Shown: positions 26,860 through 42,894 of the stretch, in pieces
Position numbering within the stretch: the stretch's first letter is position 1
Layout: every line of letters starts with the position of its first letter
Source: Octopus sinensis
Lineage: Eukaryota
Assembly: GCF_006345805.1 (NCBI RefSeq)
Contig: NC_042998.1
Location: 168,516,001 to 168,580,000, forward strand
DNA: 64,000 nt
Direction of reading: 5' to 3'
The notes under the pieces: model-generated
Seen by the model: only the letters and a program-made list of their open reading frames with translations
Told to the model about the DNA's origin: nothing
Databases searched by the model: none
Made by a program: the position numbers and the translations under genes

Positions 26860-27490
26860 ACCAAGATGGCGAGTTACCAGAATCGTTAGCCTGCAGGGCA
26901 AAATACTTAGCAGCATTTCGTCCGTCTTTAAATTCTGGGTCGACTTTGGCTTTCATCTTTTCGAGGTCGATAAAGTAAGTACCAGTTGAGGCGCTGGGGG
27001 GTGGGGGTCGATATAATTGATTTACCCCTTCCCTCATACTTGATGGCTTTGTGCCAAAATTTGAACCCCATACTTATATAATATCAAGGCGGTGAGCTGG
27101 CAGAATCGTTAGAGCACCGGGCAAAATGCTTCGCGGTATTTCGTCTACCGTTACGTTCTGAGTTCAAATTCCGCCGAGGTGACTTTGTCTTTCATCTTTT
27201 CGGGGTCGATAAAATAAGTACCAGTTACGCACTGGGGTCGATATAATCGACTTAATCCATTTGTCTGTCTTTATTTGTCCTCTCTGTGTTTAGCCCCTTG
27301 TGGGCAATAAAGAAATAAGATTCGTTAGCACGCCGAGCAAAATGCTTAGCGGCATTACATCCGTCTTTACGTTCTGAGTTGAAATTTTACCGATGTCAAC
27401 TTTGCCTGTCACCCTTCGGGATCGATAAAATAAATATTAGTTGAGTAGATGTCATTGACTTACCCCACTCTTAGGAAATTATTGACCTTT
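26860..27490 (+). mobile_element. Cluster of three OK-type SINEs (one intact at 27088-27318, two decayed)
   Basis: Repeated GTCGACTTTG.CTTTCATC.TTTCG.GGTCGAT body motif. Confidence 0.8.
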
Positions 27491-27795
27491 GATCTGTTTT
27501 TTGTATTGAATACGTATCGCCACCGTGGGCCACTGCATCGAACACTTTGAACATATACTTCAAACTATATATCAACTATACATGAACTATATATCAACTA
27601 TACATGAACTCTAAGATGTCTGACTCCGTTGTGTATTATAAATGAATTTCTTGTGTTTGACGGCATGAGCTGTCTTTTTTTATATATAACTTTTTTTGAT
27701 AAGGTTCATTTCAGGAACTGAAACATGTTATAATGTATATATAAAAATTAAAAATTGTATAATACAGCAGCATTTTCGAACTTCATTTTTTACAA

Positions 27796-27855
<60 letters not shown>

Positions 27856-27864
27856 ATACATACA

Positions 27865-28050
<186 letters not shown>

Positions 28051-28396
28051 AGGAAATAGCGTCAAACGCAGGTGTTATTCTGGAGGGAATAAAATGATGT
28101 AAAACAATGCAATCATCTCGTCAGAGAAAAAAAACATCAATGAGTCATTTTAACCCAATGTGATTATATATGTTATTTAAAAACATTTCACTAAACCCTG
28201 GAATTTCTACTTTTATGAGTAAGCTGTAACATACTTGGCACTTATGTGAATTTTTGCTACCCTGGTAACTATTTATTTATTTTTTCCGTGTTATTTGTAC
28301 ACATTGAAAAAGTACACATACATATATATATATATAATATATATATATATATATAAGCAAGGAAAAATTGTGAAAATGCATATATATATGGTGAAA

Positions 28397-28437
<41 letters not shown>

Positions 28438-28716
28438 TATATGTATGTATATATATATATATATATATATGTATATTCTATATATACAAAATAAGAAAAT
28501 GGAGAAATACATCGAAATCAAATATCAATTACCAGATAATACTCTATAACATACTTTATTAAACCACCACATAAGAAACTATAAGGTTAAACATAATAAT
28601 GTAGGGTAAAACAGTGTACATGAAGGAGTGTACATAAAATAGTAATGTTATACAATAAGTAGAATACGTATAATAGAAAATAAATACAAGTACACATAAA
28701 TATAAATATAGACTAT

Positions 28717-28843
28717 ATCTTACAGCTGTTTCAGCCATGTAGATAAGCATGTCTCATTTAACTTATATTAGCCATTTATGGTAGGTCAATATGTAGTTAT
28801 AAATGAGACATTTACAAAAACATCCTAAGGCCTCTTCGGAGAT
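28717..28843 (-). ncRNA. Hammerhead motif with extended stem II (left-arm copy)
   Basis: Mirror of 29812-29938; its stem II is GGCC/GGCT, turning one G-C into a G.U wobble. Confidence 0.65.
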
Positions 28844-29811
28844 TACAAATTAGATTACATACATACTTATATAGGTGTGGGTACATACCCATAATAAAAC
28901 ATATACATATACATATGAGTGCATATACTCATACTCCTCTACATATAAATATACATATACATAATGATATAAATAATATAAATTAATAAACATACATATG
29001 CTCCACATTCAATGTTGCAGTTTTTCAACTTAATGTTGTGATAATTACAATGTAGAAAAACATACACATATTAATACCTAAATGCAGATATAGAGAGTCA
29101 ATATTACATTCTATTAGTTCTTATTAATTTCTAAAATGTCATTAATGCTAGCATCATTATCATTGTCGTTACCACTAATGCTACCAATATCATCATTCAT
29201 ATTATTATTAATAACACCAATACTAGAGAAACAATACATAAATTCTATTATTAGCAATATAGTCACAATAGTATTACAATACCATGCAAAGTGTTAGATA
29301 TCCGCATATACATACGAAATATGAAGTACCAGCATTCTGTTTATACTACATTAAGATCCACAGGTGCACATATGTAAGTCCGATTTTAAGTTTATAATTT
29401 TCCTTGTGACATAAATACACTATTATTTCAGAAATAAATATTATTAATAATAATATGAATGATGATATTGGTAGCATTAGTGGTAACGACAATGATAATG
29501 ATGCTAGCATTAATGACATTTTAGAAATTAATAAGAACTAATAGAATGTAATATTGACTCTCTATATCTGCATTTAGGTATTAATATGTGTATGTTTTTC
29601 TACATTGTAATTATCACAACATTAAGTTGAAAAACTGCAACATTGAATGTGGAGCATATGTATGTTTATTAATTTATATTATTTATATCATTATGTATAT
29701 GTATATTTATATGTAGAGGAGTATGAGTATATGCACTCATATGTATATGTATATGTTTTATTATGGGTATGTACCCACACCTATATAAGTATGTATGTAA
29801 TCTAATTTGTA

Positions 29812-29938
29812 ATCTCCGAAGAGGCCTTAGGATGTTTTTGTAAATGTCTCATTTATAACTACATATTGACTTACCATAAATGGCTAATATAAGTTAAATG
29901 AGACATGCTTATCTACATGGCCGAAACAGCTGTAAGAT
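29812..29938 (+). ncRNA. Type I hammerhead motif with a ~92-nt structured stem II insert
   Basis: ATCT-CCGAAGA-GGCC-[92 nt]-GGCC-GAAA-CAGCTG-TA^-AGAT. Stem I ATCT/AGAT; the insert contains ATGTCTCATTT/AAATGAGACAT, TAAC/GTTA, ATATT/AATAT and CCAT/ATGG pairings. Confidence 0.7.
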
Positions 29939-30146
29939 ATAGTCTATATTTATATTTATGTGTACTTGTATTTATTTTCTATTATACGTATTCTACTTAT
30001 TGTATAACATTACTATTTTATGTACACTCCTTCATGTACACTGTTTTACCCTACATTATTATGTTTAACCTTATAGTTTCTTATGTGGTGGTTTAATAAA
30101 GTATGTGATAGAGTATTATCTGGTAATTGATATTTGATTTCGATGT

Positions 30147-30494
30147 ATTTCTCCATTTTCTTATTTTGTATTATGAATTTGTGGTAAAACATTTTACCTT
30201 TGCCCATATAATACAATAAATGAATTAATTGTATCGCAATTCTTAACATTTATGTATTAACTTTGTTGGGTACCTCACTAGCAGTATATTGGATATATGT
30301 TATCCCATGGAGGGTTGCATTTCTCCATTTTCTTATTTTGTATTATGAATTTGTGGTAAAACATTTTACCTTTGCCCATATAATACAATAAATGAATTAA
30401 TTGTATCGCAATTCTTAACATTTATGTATTAACTTTGTTGGGTACCTCACTAGCAGTATATTGGATATATGTTATCCCATGGAGGGTTGCATTT
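30147..30494. repeat. 172-bp tandem duplication
   Basis: Units 30147-30318 and 30319-30490 look identical, with ATTT microhomology at the junctions. Confidence 0.9.
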
Positions 30495-30530
30495 ACAACC
30501 CCTATCTCAATTTGTATATATATATATATA

Positions 30531-30936
30531 CTCTTTACTCTTTTACTCTTTTACTTGTTTCAGTCATTTGACTGCGGCCATGCTGGAGCACCGCCTTTAG
30601 TCGAGCAACTCAACCCCTGGACTTATTCTTTGTAAGCCCAGTACCTATTCTATCGGTCTCTTTTTGCCGAACCGCTAAGTGACGGGGACATGAACACACC
30701 AGCATCGGTTGTCAAGCAATGCTAGGGGGACAGACACAGACACACAAACATACACGTACACATATATATATACATATATACGACGGGCTTCTTTCAGTTT
30801 CCGTCTACCAAATCCACTCACAAGGCTTTGGTCGGCCCGAGGCTATATTAGAAGACACTTGCCCAAGGTGCCACGCAGTGGGACTGAACCCGGTAAGCTA
30901 CCGGTAAGCTACTTACCACACACCCACTCCTGCGCC
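30531..30936 (-). mobile_element. CORE-like SINE
   Basis: Reverse complement of the 23781-24175 family. Confidence 0.85.
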
Positions 30937-31279
30937 TAAAATGTAATCGCGCCCCGGGTGAGGAAAAATATATATAAATAAATATATATATATATTTATA
31001 TATATATTTATTTATTTATATATATAGAATATACAGTACGAGGGAAAACGATAAGAAGTGTATAAAATGTATAAGTTACGAGACAATTTGTCGTGGAATT
31101 AGAATTTTCTTATTGTTAATAAAATTCCATTACTCTATTTCTCGGTCATTTGTGACTTTATACATTCCTTATCATATTCTCTTGTGTCGTACAATATAGT
31201 CTATGTTTTGTTAAGGAGCTTTTTTCTATGAGTACTACCGGATTACTCGAATCCATATATTGTAACTTTATATATGTGT

Positions 31280-33790
<2,511 letters not shown>

Positions 33791-34479
33791 ATACCAGTTG
33801 AGAGAATTCATGTGTAGTTTTGTGTGTGCATCTGTATATATATGTGTGTATGTGTGGTGTGTGTGAGCATGCGGGATAACCACGGGTGAAGGAATAGATC
33901 TCTGAATAGCAGAATGCTGTCAGCAGGAATTATAACCTAGCTTATTAAACATTTACTTGTTTTTTTTTTATGTAATGAATTCCTTTGTTTCTTACAAGTA
34001 ACACAAGTACGTAAAGCTACTTAGAAAAAAAACTTTGTTGTTGAACGAGAAGACAATATAGCAAGGTGTTACCATATATGCCACATCATGAATTGTTTGT
34101 AACCACTCCCCAAATCATGAACATGAATATTCCCAATTTAACATAAAACTCATTAAAATACATAACTCAACGTAAGATGTTATATACTAATAAACAAGAT
34201 ATAAGAAACAATTCGAACCCACCAACCTATACGTCAAAAATTAAAATTAACAATTATATAAAAATAACAATAAACTAATACACAGTTATACCTCAACGTA
34301 TGTCGTTTTGAGTTACGTCTTTTTTGACTTTACGCTTATTTTTCTTAAGAAATTAATTCACGATTTATCCTACTTTACGTCGGACTCAGCGAGCATATTT
34401 GAAGCATAAAAGCAAAGAAGAAAAAAGAAATGAAAAGGAAAAAGAAAAATCTCACCTAAAAGACAATACTGAAGGGAAA

Positions 34480-34760
34480 AATCATATAACGTAGATGTGA
34501 AAATATGTACAAACCATTTATTAAAACAGACATATCCTAGGGCCCCAATAATTACATGTATAAACCTGAACCTGTAATCTCGATAGAGTAACTGAAAATT
34601 TCTCAATAGTTCAGCATAGGTGTTCTCTTTTTCACTGATCGTCAGCTTTATGTTAACATCCGCTGGGCTGCAAATTTCCATAACTGTGCACAGTTTCTCT
34701 TTTCTATCCGAAATGTAAGCAAATAAATTCTTTTAAATGTTATTTCGTTTAACGTTATTT
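34480..34760 (-). mobile_element. REL-clade LINE C-terminal fragment (same family as 62710-64000)
   Basis: EICSPADVNIKLTISEKENTYAELLRNFQLLY...IIGALG; colinear with 62970-63150. Confidence 0.7.
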
Positions 34761-35014
34761 TTGGCATGTCTTGGAACATATTCTTTTCTACTCTAGGCAC
34801 AAGGTTCAAAATTTTGGGAGAGGGGGCAAGTCGATTAGATCGACCCCAGTACGCAACTGTTACTTGATTTATCCATTAGTACACAGGTATGTCTCAAAGT
34901 CGACGTCGGCGGAATTTATGTCTCGGAACATATTACAGTTGTAAATGGAGGTGCGTTTGTACACATTTTAGAAAGAAGTTATTAACATACATAATAATAA
35001 TAATAATAATAATA

Positions 35015-35048
<34 letters not shown>

Positions 35049-35049
<1 letters not shown>

Positions 35050-35652
35050 CAGTACCAGGCAGTGGCTATGTCCTGATGCAGTACCAGGCAGTGGCCATGC
35101 CCTGATGCAGTACCAGGCAGTGGCTCTCATGGCTTCTGATCTTAACTGATTGGAAGTGTTATCATGTACATTGTTTTGTCTTGGTATAAAAGATGGGCTA
35201 CAGCAAATATTCTGCTCAATACCACAGATTTGCTTGTCAGTTGTTTGACCTTAACCAGTTGAGCATGTCCCTTGGTGGCTGACAATATGTGCATCTCTGA
35301 TCACGAGCAGAAGTAGTGGGGGAGCATCATAGCTATGTGTTGAGAGGGATTCTTTGGGGTTTGAATAATTCACCTCTGGAAACATGGGTGATTCTTTCAA
35401 CATCCTTAAACAACCCTTATTCAGGGACCTTTTGAGCGGGATGGGCTACTCAACCCGAAGAAAATTCTAACTGGGCCCCACCTGCAAGGTCATGTGCTGT
35501 TTATCTTGATATGAGATCACCATGTCGCGCACATATGGTTGTGATGCATGTGCCTGGTGTACCCTTATCAGACGGGTAGTCATGATGGGTATATTGGGCT
35601 TCGTATGTTTTACCCCAGTGTCACTCTGATGGCATGCACTGCTCTCTCACTC
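35049..35652 (+). mobile_element. TAA-associated ~600-bp non-coding element, complete copy
   Basis: (AAT)n on both sides; starts with a 29-bp unit repeated three times and ends CTCTCTCACTC(AAT)n. Confidence 0.8.
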
Positions 35653-35816
35653 AATAATAATAATAATAATAAAAAAACGATAGGCGACAGCAAATATTCT
35701 GCTGAATACCACAGATTTGCTTGTCAGTTGTTTGACCTTAACCATATAGAAGCCGGAGATTTCGAAGCAGCTGTCTACAGATATATATCCGCTTTTTTTT
35801 TACTTTCAAAGATATA

Positions 35817-35870
<54 letters not shown>

Positions 35871-36199
35871 TTAGGGAATAAATCCAAACTTACAGGGAAA
35901 AATTAGATTTAGGATTAAATCCAATTTTATAGTATATCTCAGCAAAGAACTGAAAGCGAAGCACACTGCATAATACAAAAGGATTATGCATGATTATAGC
36001 TCCCATAAATCTGGAAAGGACGACAATATTAACATGAATTAAAGTGGCGATTTGGCTAAATCGTTAGCACGCCGGAGGAAATACTTAGCATCATTTCATC
36101 ATTCTTTACATCGAGTTCAGATTCCACCGAAGTCGACTTTGACTTTCATTCTTTCGGAGTCGATAAAATTTCAAACCAATGTTAACATGAATTCTCTTA

Positions 36200-36795
36200 G
36201 ATTTCTGACGGTTACGTCATATCACGTCTCAAAAGGTACGCTTTTGCAATCCAAGAGCAGAAGATATCTACGAAATATCTAATGAGCAGAAGAGACAACA
36301 AAGATCTTAAAAGCCGGAGAGGCAACTGCAAATGTCAATCATGCCACCCTTCCATGGAGGACATAATTCATACAACCAGCAGCTACCCAGAAACGTCATG
36401 GAGGTATTAACCGACTATTGTATCTCAATATTATAAACAACACCTCAGTTATTAAATATATATTTATCAACACAAAGAATATGTGTGGTACATGCACATA
36501 AAAAATTCTACTAAGTGATTAGAGATTAGCTGCCCTTCAGATGTACCTATCTTATCTAAAATCAACAAAGATGATATTCTTGGGCAACTACATCGAAACC
36601 CTCAGATTTTCCACACCTGATTATAAATGAACATTTATATCAATAATCACTGGTGCACTTGCTTTGTTAGTAGACACCTAATCGATAACCTGGAAAAGGT
36701 GAGGTTTTGAAGCAAAAGAAGAGCCGGCTAACTTAAATTTTGCGGATAGAATGTTTGAGTGGAACAGTAAAAATATGCGGAGTTCAATATGTAAC
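36200..36795 (+). mobile_element. Decayed REL-clade LINE C-terminal fragment
   Basis: YAFAIQEQKISTKYL, a degenerate CCHC region and terminal SGTVKIC, paralleling YAFAIQEQ...EISTKYL and TGTINIC in 62710-64000. Confidence 0.65.
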
Positions 36796-36797
36796 AA

Positions 36798-36818
36798 TTA
36801 GGGTTAGGGTTAGGGTTA
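36798..36818 (+). repeat. (TTAGGG)3-TTA telomere-like repeat
   Basis: TTAGGGTTAGGGTTAGGGTTA is directly visible. Confidence 0.85.
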
Positions 36819-38957
36819 CATACTTACATATATACATACACATATACACACATACATACATACTTACGCACGTGCATACACAGGTACATTTATGTGTGCA
36901 TAAATACATACATACATACATACATACATACATACATACATACATGCATACATACATACATACGTACGTATGTACGTACGTACGTACATACATGCATACA
37001 TACATACATACATACATACATACATACATACATACATACATACATACATACATACGTGCCAAATCAGTTTTTACGCGAAGTTAATATCCTATGCCAGTTC
37101 TGAGTCTGCAGTTTTGTGGCTCAAATCGCATCTAGATGGACAGAGCCTTTCATCTCTCTTGATCGGCGAATTAAATATTAAAGATGAAAGAGATGGAGCA
37201 AGTGTCAAACTAAATATGTTTCTGAGAAAATCCCCACCACAGTCAAGAGTGAATGGGGTTACAGTCAGAATATAATATTACATGATGTAATAATAATATT
37301 GCTTGCTTGATTATTATATTGGTACGGAAAATTAAAGACAGAATCAATTATGTATTAATGTCTATATGATAAATGAGCTAAATTTAAAATATGTGTGTTA
37401 ACTGGTGGATCAAGTATGTATGGGTGGATGGTGTTCGCGTGTGTGCAAGTGTGGGTGAGTATTTAGTGTGATTGATATATTTTAAATAAGTTTGTAGGTA
37501 ACAAGAAACAAAAGAGAAAAATACATGAATGATTTACTTTATTCTATGTATTATTTCCTTTGAACTTTTATATTTGATATCACACACATACACACACACA
37601 TCAATATTTCGCTTAGGCATAGCGATACTAATAATCTGATGTCAGAACTCAATATACATATGCTTTAGATACAGAGCGTAATATGAAATTAAATAAATGA
37701 CAAAGGAACCGAAAAAAATATGTAATGAACTTAATAGGTTACTGCTAGCTGTTTCTGCCACAGGATGTAGAGTAGTTAGAACTGAGTGCTCGTGCGTCAC
37801 TTTATAGCTTCCTCAGAACTTCAAAAATGAAATGCAGTTAATTACAAAAAGACCTGGTATTTTTCAATTTTAGTTCCTTGTTCTTTTTAATTTTATTTTT
37901 CGTTTCAGAATGAACCTTCATGATGTATAAAATCTATTAAGAAAGAAAATTCCGTTTTATAAAATCTGCCTGATCACTCTTACCATTAGACGCCATGCCA
38001 TTTTCTGATATTTGTTTTTTTCAGATACGATTAGTTAGTCTAGAACCCTGGTTTATTCTTTAAGGCAAAATTTAAAAAGCCCATGATTCCGTAAAGCTGT
38101 CAACACAAGTTATACTTTGTAAATGCCAATAAATTATTTGAAATTAATTGCGATGTTGTTGATATAATGTTCAAATTCACATGCTAATATTCATTTTTTT
38201 ACATATACTTATTGCTGAAGCAATGGTGGGCACAGCTAACCAAAATGATAGCTTCGCTAACCGCTATTCCACTAACTAATCTGCTAAACAGGTTAAAAAA
38301 TTAGCGGAAGCTAACGCTATCTGATGACCGCTAACTGTTATCATTTGAATTTAGCTTCGTTTTAGTTTTTGGGGGCTCTAAACCCCTTGAAAACAGACCT
38401 AAACAGTTGAAATTTTCACGTTGTAGCTTAGACATAGAGCTTTCTCTCCTTAATATAACCTTTTCACCCCTTTAACTATACCAGTTCTTTCAATTATGAC
38501 CCTAATTTAGAATACAGAGGGCATAAGTACTCAATCTCCCTCAATTACCCCCCCCCCCCAGTGAGCTTGTACCTGTCACCTCAGCAGTGGCTTTATTTGC
38601 AACCAACTTTACTTTCTACACCATGTGTTAGCTCGTTTAACTTACCCTAATTTCATTCTGGGCCTAATTTTAAGTTAGCAAATGGGTCTATTTCTATCCA
38701 TTGATGACCCCATTAGATTTACTCATTTCAGGACACCCCATCCCGTATAACATAATTTAACAACTTAATACTAACTTCACATCTCTTTAGGTGGTATTTG
38801 CTTTTACTTTGAACTACAATAGACGCTTTCCTATGAACTATTATTGCCCTTAAGCATATATTTGTATGAATGGAAGCGTAATTAGTGGTAGGCCCAATAT
38901 GTATGCACCCAAGCAAGGGTTGATATATCGACAAGGTTAGTAATATTAACTATATAA

Positions 38958-39011
<54 letters not shown>

Positions 39012-39052
39012 ATGTCAGTCTATATGTGTATGTGTATATATATGTATATATG

Positions 39053-39097
<45 letters not shown>

Positions 39098-39534
39098 CTA
39101 TCTATATATTATTATTATTGTTTTTTTGTTTTTTTCTTTTTACCAGTAAATACAAATAGAACAGGTTGAATTGCTATATATATATATATATATATATAAA
39201 CAACTTATAAACAAGGGTAAAAGAAAAATTATTTCCATGCCAATATGCTGATATTCCACATATCATTATACACTCACTAGAAATACACGTCGTACTGAAA
39301 TCGGGGAAGCTAATCAACAGAATTTTTTTTTTAAATGTTCGTTATTTCTATATTGAATCTATTTCGGAATTAATCCTATGGATTTTTTCCTCTTCAGTAG
39401 AAAATACGATAAGAAATAAATGAAATACTTACACGCATCCATGGAAAAAAGCAGAAGCAAAATTCATGAGTACACGTAAGTACCCCAGTTATATTTAAAT
39501 ATAAAACCTTTTAATTAGCCTCAGCACACACGTG

Positions 39535-40050
39535 AACTATTCCTAATGCCTTTCATCCTTTCGGGATTGATTAAATAAGTACCAGTTACGCACTGAGGTC
39601 GATGTAATCGACTTAATACCTATGTCTGTCCTTGTTTGTCTCCTCTATGTTTAGCCCCTTGTGGGTAATAAAGAAATAGGTATTTCGTCTACCGCTACGT
39701 TCTGAGCTCAAATTCCGCCGAGGTCGACTTTGCTTTTCATTCTTTCGGGGTCGATAAATTAAGTTGTAGTTACGAACTGGGGTCGATGTAATCGACTTAA
39801 TCCTTTGTTTGTCTTTGTTTGGTCCCTCTATGTTTAGCCCCTTGTGGGCAATAAAGAAGTAAGTATCGTTATCACGCTGGGCAAAATGCTTAGCGACATT
39901 TCATCCGTCTGAGTTCAAATTTTGCCGTGGTTGACCTTGTCTTACATCTTTTTGGGCTTGATAAAACAAGTACTAGTTGGATACTGGTGTCAATGTAACC
40001 AACTTACTCCTTCACCCGAAATTGCTAGCCTTACCCCCCCAAATTTGAAA
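39535..40050 (+). mobile_element. Head-to-tail array of OK-type SINE units
   Basis: Two body units joined at AAAGAAATAGGTATTTCGTCT, plus a decayed third. Confidence 0.85.
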
Positions 40051-40303
40051 TCAATATCAAAACACCTGAAACTTATGAGAAGTCGGGTAAAATGTAAAAT
40101 ATATTCCCGTTTCCTTTATATATTTCTACAATTAAATATACAAAATAAATCCAGTCACATCGGTAATCAGCAATGAAGGAAATGTTTGTTACTAACTAGA
40201 AATGTATGCACAACGTTGTTACTTTAACAACGAAACTGATCAATGCCTTGCGAGTGAATTTGACAGATAGAAACTGCATAGAAGCCCGTCGTATACATAA
40301 ACG

Positions 40304-40381
<78 letters not shown>

Positions 40382-41514
40382 CGGGTGCATATACATGAGT
40401 GCCTGTGTGTGTATGAATGTATGCATGTCCGTGTTTTTGCTTGAAAACGACTCAAACATACGTAAAACCGGTGTTTACCATCCCTGTAACTTAGCACTTC
40501 AGTAAAAGACAACGCTAGAATAAGTAACAAACTATATTATACGAGACTTAAAATTGTGTGTTCTGGGGTTGGGTTGTCTGCAGTCCAAATAATTGAAGGG
40601 AGAAAAAGAGTATAGTAGCAAATTTTAGTTTACAAAATACCAGTGTATTTTCAAAACGTTTGAAATTGCTCGATAAAAGAAAAGTTAACTGAAAAAATGG
40701 TATTGCCTTAAACAATTTCTTAAACACTTGATTGAAAGTCAAGTGTTTGAGAAAGAATGTTATTTATCACACTAATGGAAGCAATCGCAACTAATAAAAC
40801 TACATCAGATCCACAAAGGCTTGTTTAAAAGGCCTTATATGTATCATACCAACTTATCCGGTTTATATGTCGAAAGAAAGCAATGGTATTAATAGAATGT
40901 GTTTGAGTTATACCTAAAGTACCAAGTTATATGATTTTATTCAAGAGCGAAATACCTTTTCTTGGAAGTAACTTATAAACTATTCAATAGACAGTATTTA
41001 TAATTTACTGAACACATTGTCACAAGAATATCAGCTAGTTACAGCCAGTTAGAGAACAATTGAGCAGTTTCTATATACAAGCTAATAACCTTCTAGCACC
41101 AATCTGATTAAAGTGCAATCGCCTTAAAAATTAATGTCTGCAAGATTTTAACAGAGAACTGATAATGATGGAAAATAAAAAGAAACAATATCAACGGAAC
41201 ATTGTTTTTACCGAAAGCTCAGATTTAGAGCAAAGCAACATTTACCATACTGTATATCTTACTTAACGTGAATATATTGGATAAAAGTAGAAAACTGCGG
41301 TATTCGTCTCGAGAAAGCATCTCGTATAGACGTATAGCGCTAAAAAGCACGGATACGTATCAGTAGTAGACGAAAAGTGTCCAACAGCGGCGTTGAAATG
41401 ACTAGACCCGAGATTTTTGTTTTGTTGAGCATCATCAGTAGAAGCATCTACTTGCAACCGCACGATTAAACAAATTTAGCCTCTACTGATATAGAAAATA
41501 ATCATTAACAAATC

Positions 41515-42120
41515 ATTTCATCCGCCACTACGTTCTGAGTTCAAATTCCGCTGATGTCGCCTTTGCCTTTCATCCTTTCGAGGCCGACGAAATAAGTATC
41601 AATTGAGCACTGGGATCGATGTAATCGACTGTCTCCCTCTCGCAAAATCTCAGACTTTGTACCTATAATAGAAAGAATTATATATTCACGTCATATGGCG
41701 ACGAGCTGGCAGAATAGTTAGCACCCTGGACAAAATGCTTAGCGGCATTTCGTCGCTTAGCGGCGAGCTGGCAGAAGCGTTAGCACGCTGGGCGAAATGC
41801 TTTGCGGTATTTCGTCTGCCGTTACGTTGTGAGTTCAAATTCCGCCGAGGTCGACTTTGCCTTTCATCCTTTCGGGGTCGATAAATTAAGCACCAGTTAC
41901 GCACTGGGGTCGATGTAATCGACTTAATACCTATGTCTGTCCTTGTTTGTCCCCTCTATGTTTAGCCCCTTGTGGGTAATAAAGAAATAGGCATTTCGTC
42001 CGTCTTTACATTCTGAATTGAAATTCCGCCGAAGTCGACTTACCATTCCGGGGTCGATAGTGCCAGTACTGGGGTCGATAGTACTGGGATCGATGCAATC
42101 AATATATCCCTCCCCTAAAA
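41515..42120 (+). mobile_element. Dense array of 4-5 OK-type SINE units (intact copy ~41760-41990)
   Basis: Repeated heads (GCGAGCTGGCAGAA) and bodies. Confidence 0.85.
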
Positions 42121-42147
42121 CCGGCTGGCTTTGTCAAAAATTGAGGC

Positions 42148-42863
42148 TTGAGGGTACCCCCAAAGTAACTGGAAACGTTCTCTGTTGTATAAAGCCGTTG
42201 TAGTTCAGACTTCTACCTCTAGAAGACACTTTATGCGACCCCAAGGCATCAGTCTGCTGATTGGCGTCGTCGGGTGAAGTCGTACTGTCACATGGTGCGT
42301 CATCGTTTTATATGTTTCTCCCCAGTTCGTTGATTTTTTGCGATGGCTGAAACGAAGGAACAGTATGCTTCCGTAAAATTCTGATTTCTGCTGGGGAAAA
42401 CGGCGGCCGAAACAGTTGTCGTGCTTCAAACAACTTACAAGGTCACTGCCATGAGCAAAACACATGTTTTTCGAGTGGTTTCCACGCTTTAGGAATGGTC
42501 ACTTGTCGCTTGGAAACCAACCTCGTTCAGGACGACCGTCGACCACGGAAGATCAAACACCTCACGACTTAATGCGTGTCGTGAACTGAAAGAACAGTTT
42601 TTTTCGAAGGTCATCACAGGTGACGAAAGCTGATGCTACGAAATTTTCAGATGTAGAAGAGGTGAAGAAGAAAACGACGGAGGCGTTAAAAGGCATCACC
42701 TCACAAGAGTTCCAGCACTGCTTCGAATAGTGGAAAACGCGCCTGGACTGATGCATTGCTTGAAATGGAGAATACTTTGAAGGCGATGAATGTGTAAGCA
42801 TGTAAAACTAAGTGAATAAAATAATACTGCAAAAATTTAGTTTCTTTTGGGTACCCCCTCGTA
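42148..42863 (+). mobile_element. Internally deleted mariner element (~715 bp)
   Basis: TIR-like ends GAGGGTACCCCCAAA / TTTTGGGTACCCCCTCGTA; N-terminal HTH region with RSGRPST, then KVITGDES joined directly to the C-terminal region. Confidence 0.8.
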
Positions 42864-42894
42864 TATTTATGTCATATACAGAAAAGACGAAACA

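Larger units (their letters stand above)
28484..30171. repeat. Near-perfect inverted repeat: 731-bp arms (28484-29214, 29441-30171) with a 226-bp spacer; Penelope-like inverted pLTR pair
   Basis: The arms are reverse complements with only about three substitutions seen by eye; each arm holds a hammerhead motif. Confidence 0.9.

Noticed and set aside
39535-42120. Regularly recurring conserved motifs that might suggest a CRISPR-like array
   Set aside because: Eukaryotic context; the repeats are SINE bodies with homologous intervening sequence, not unique spacers.
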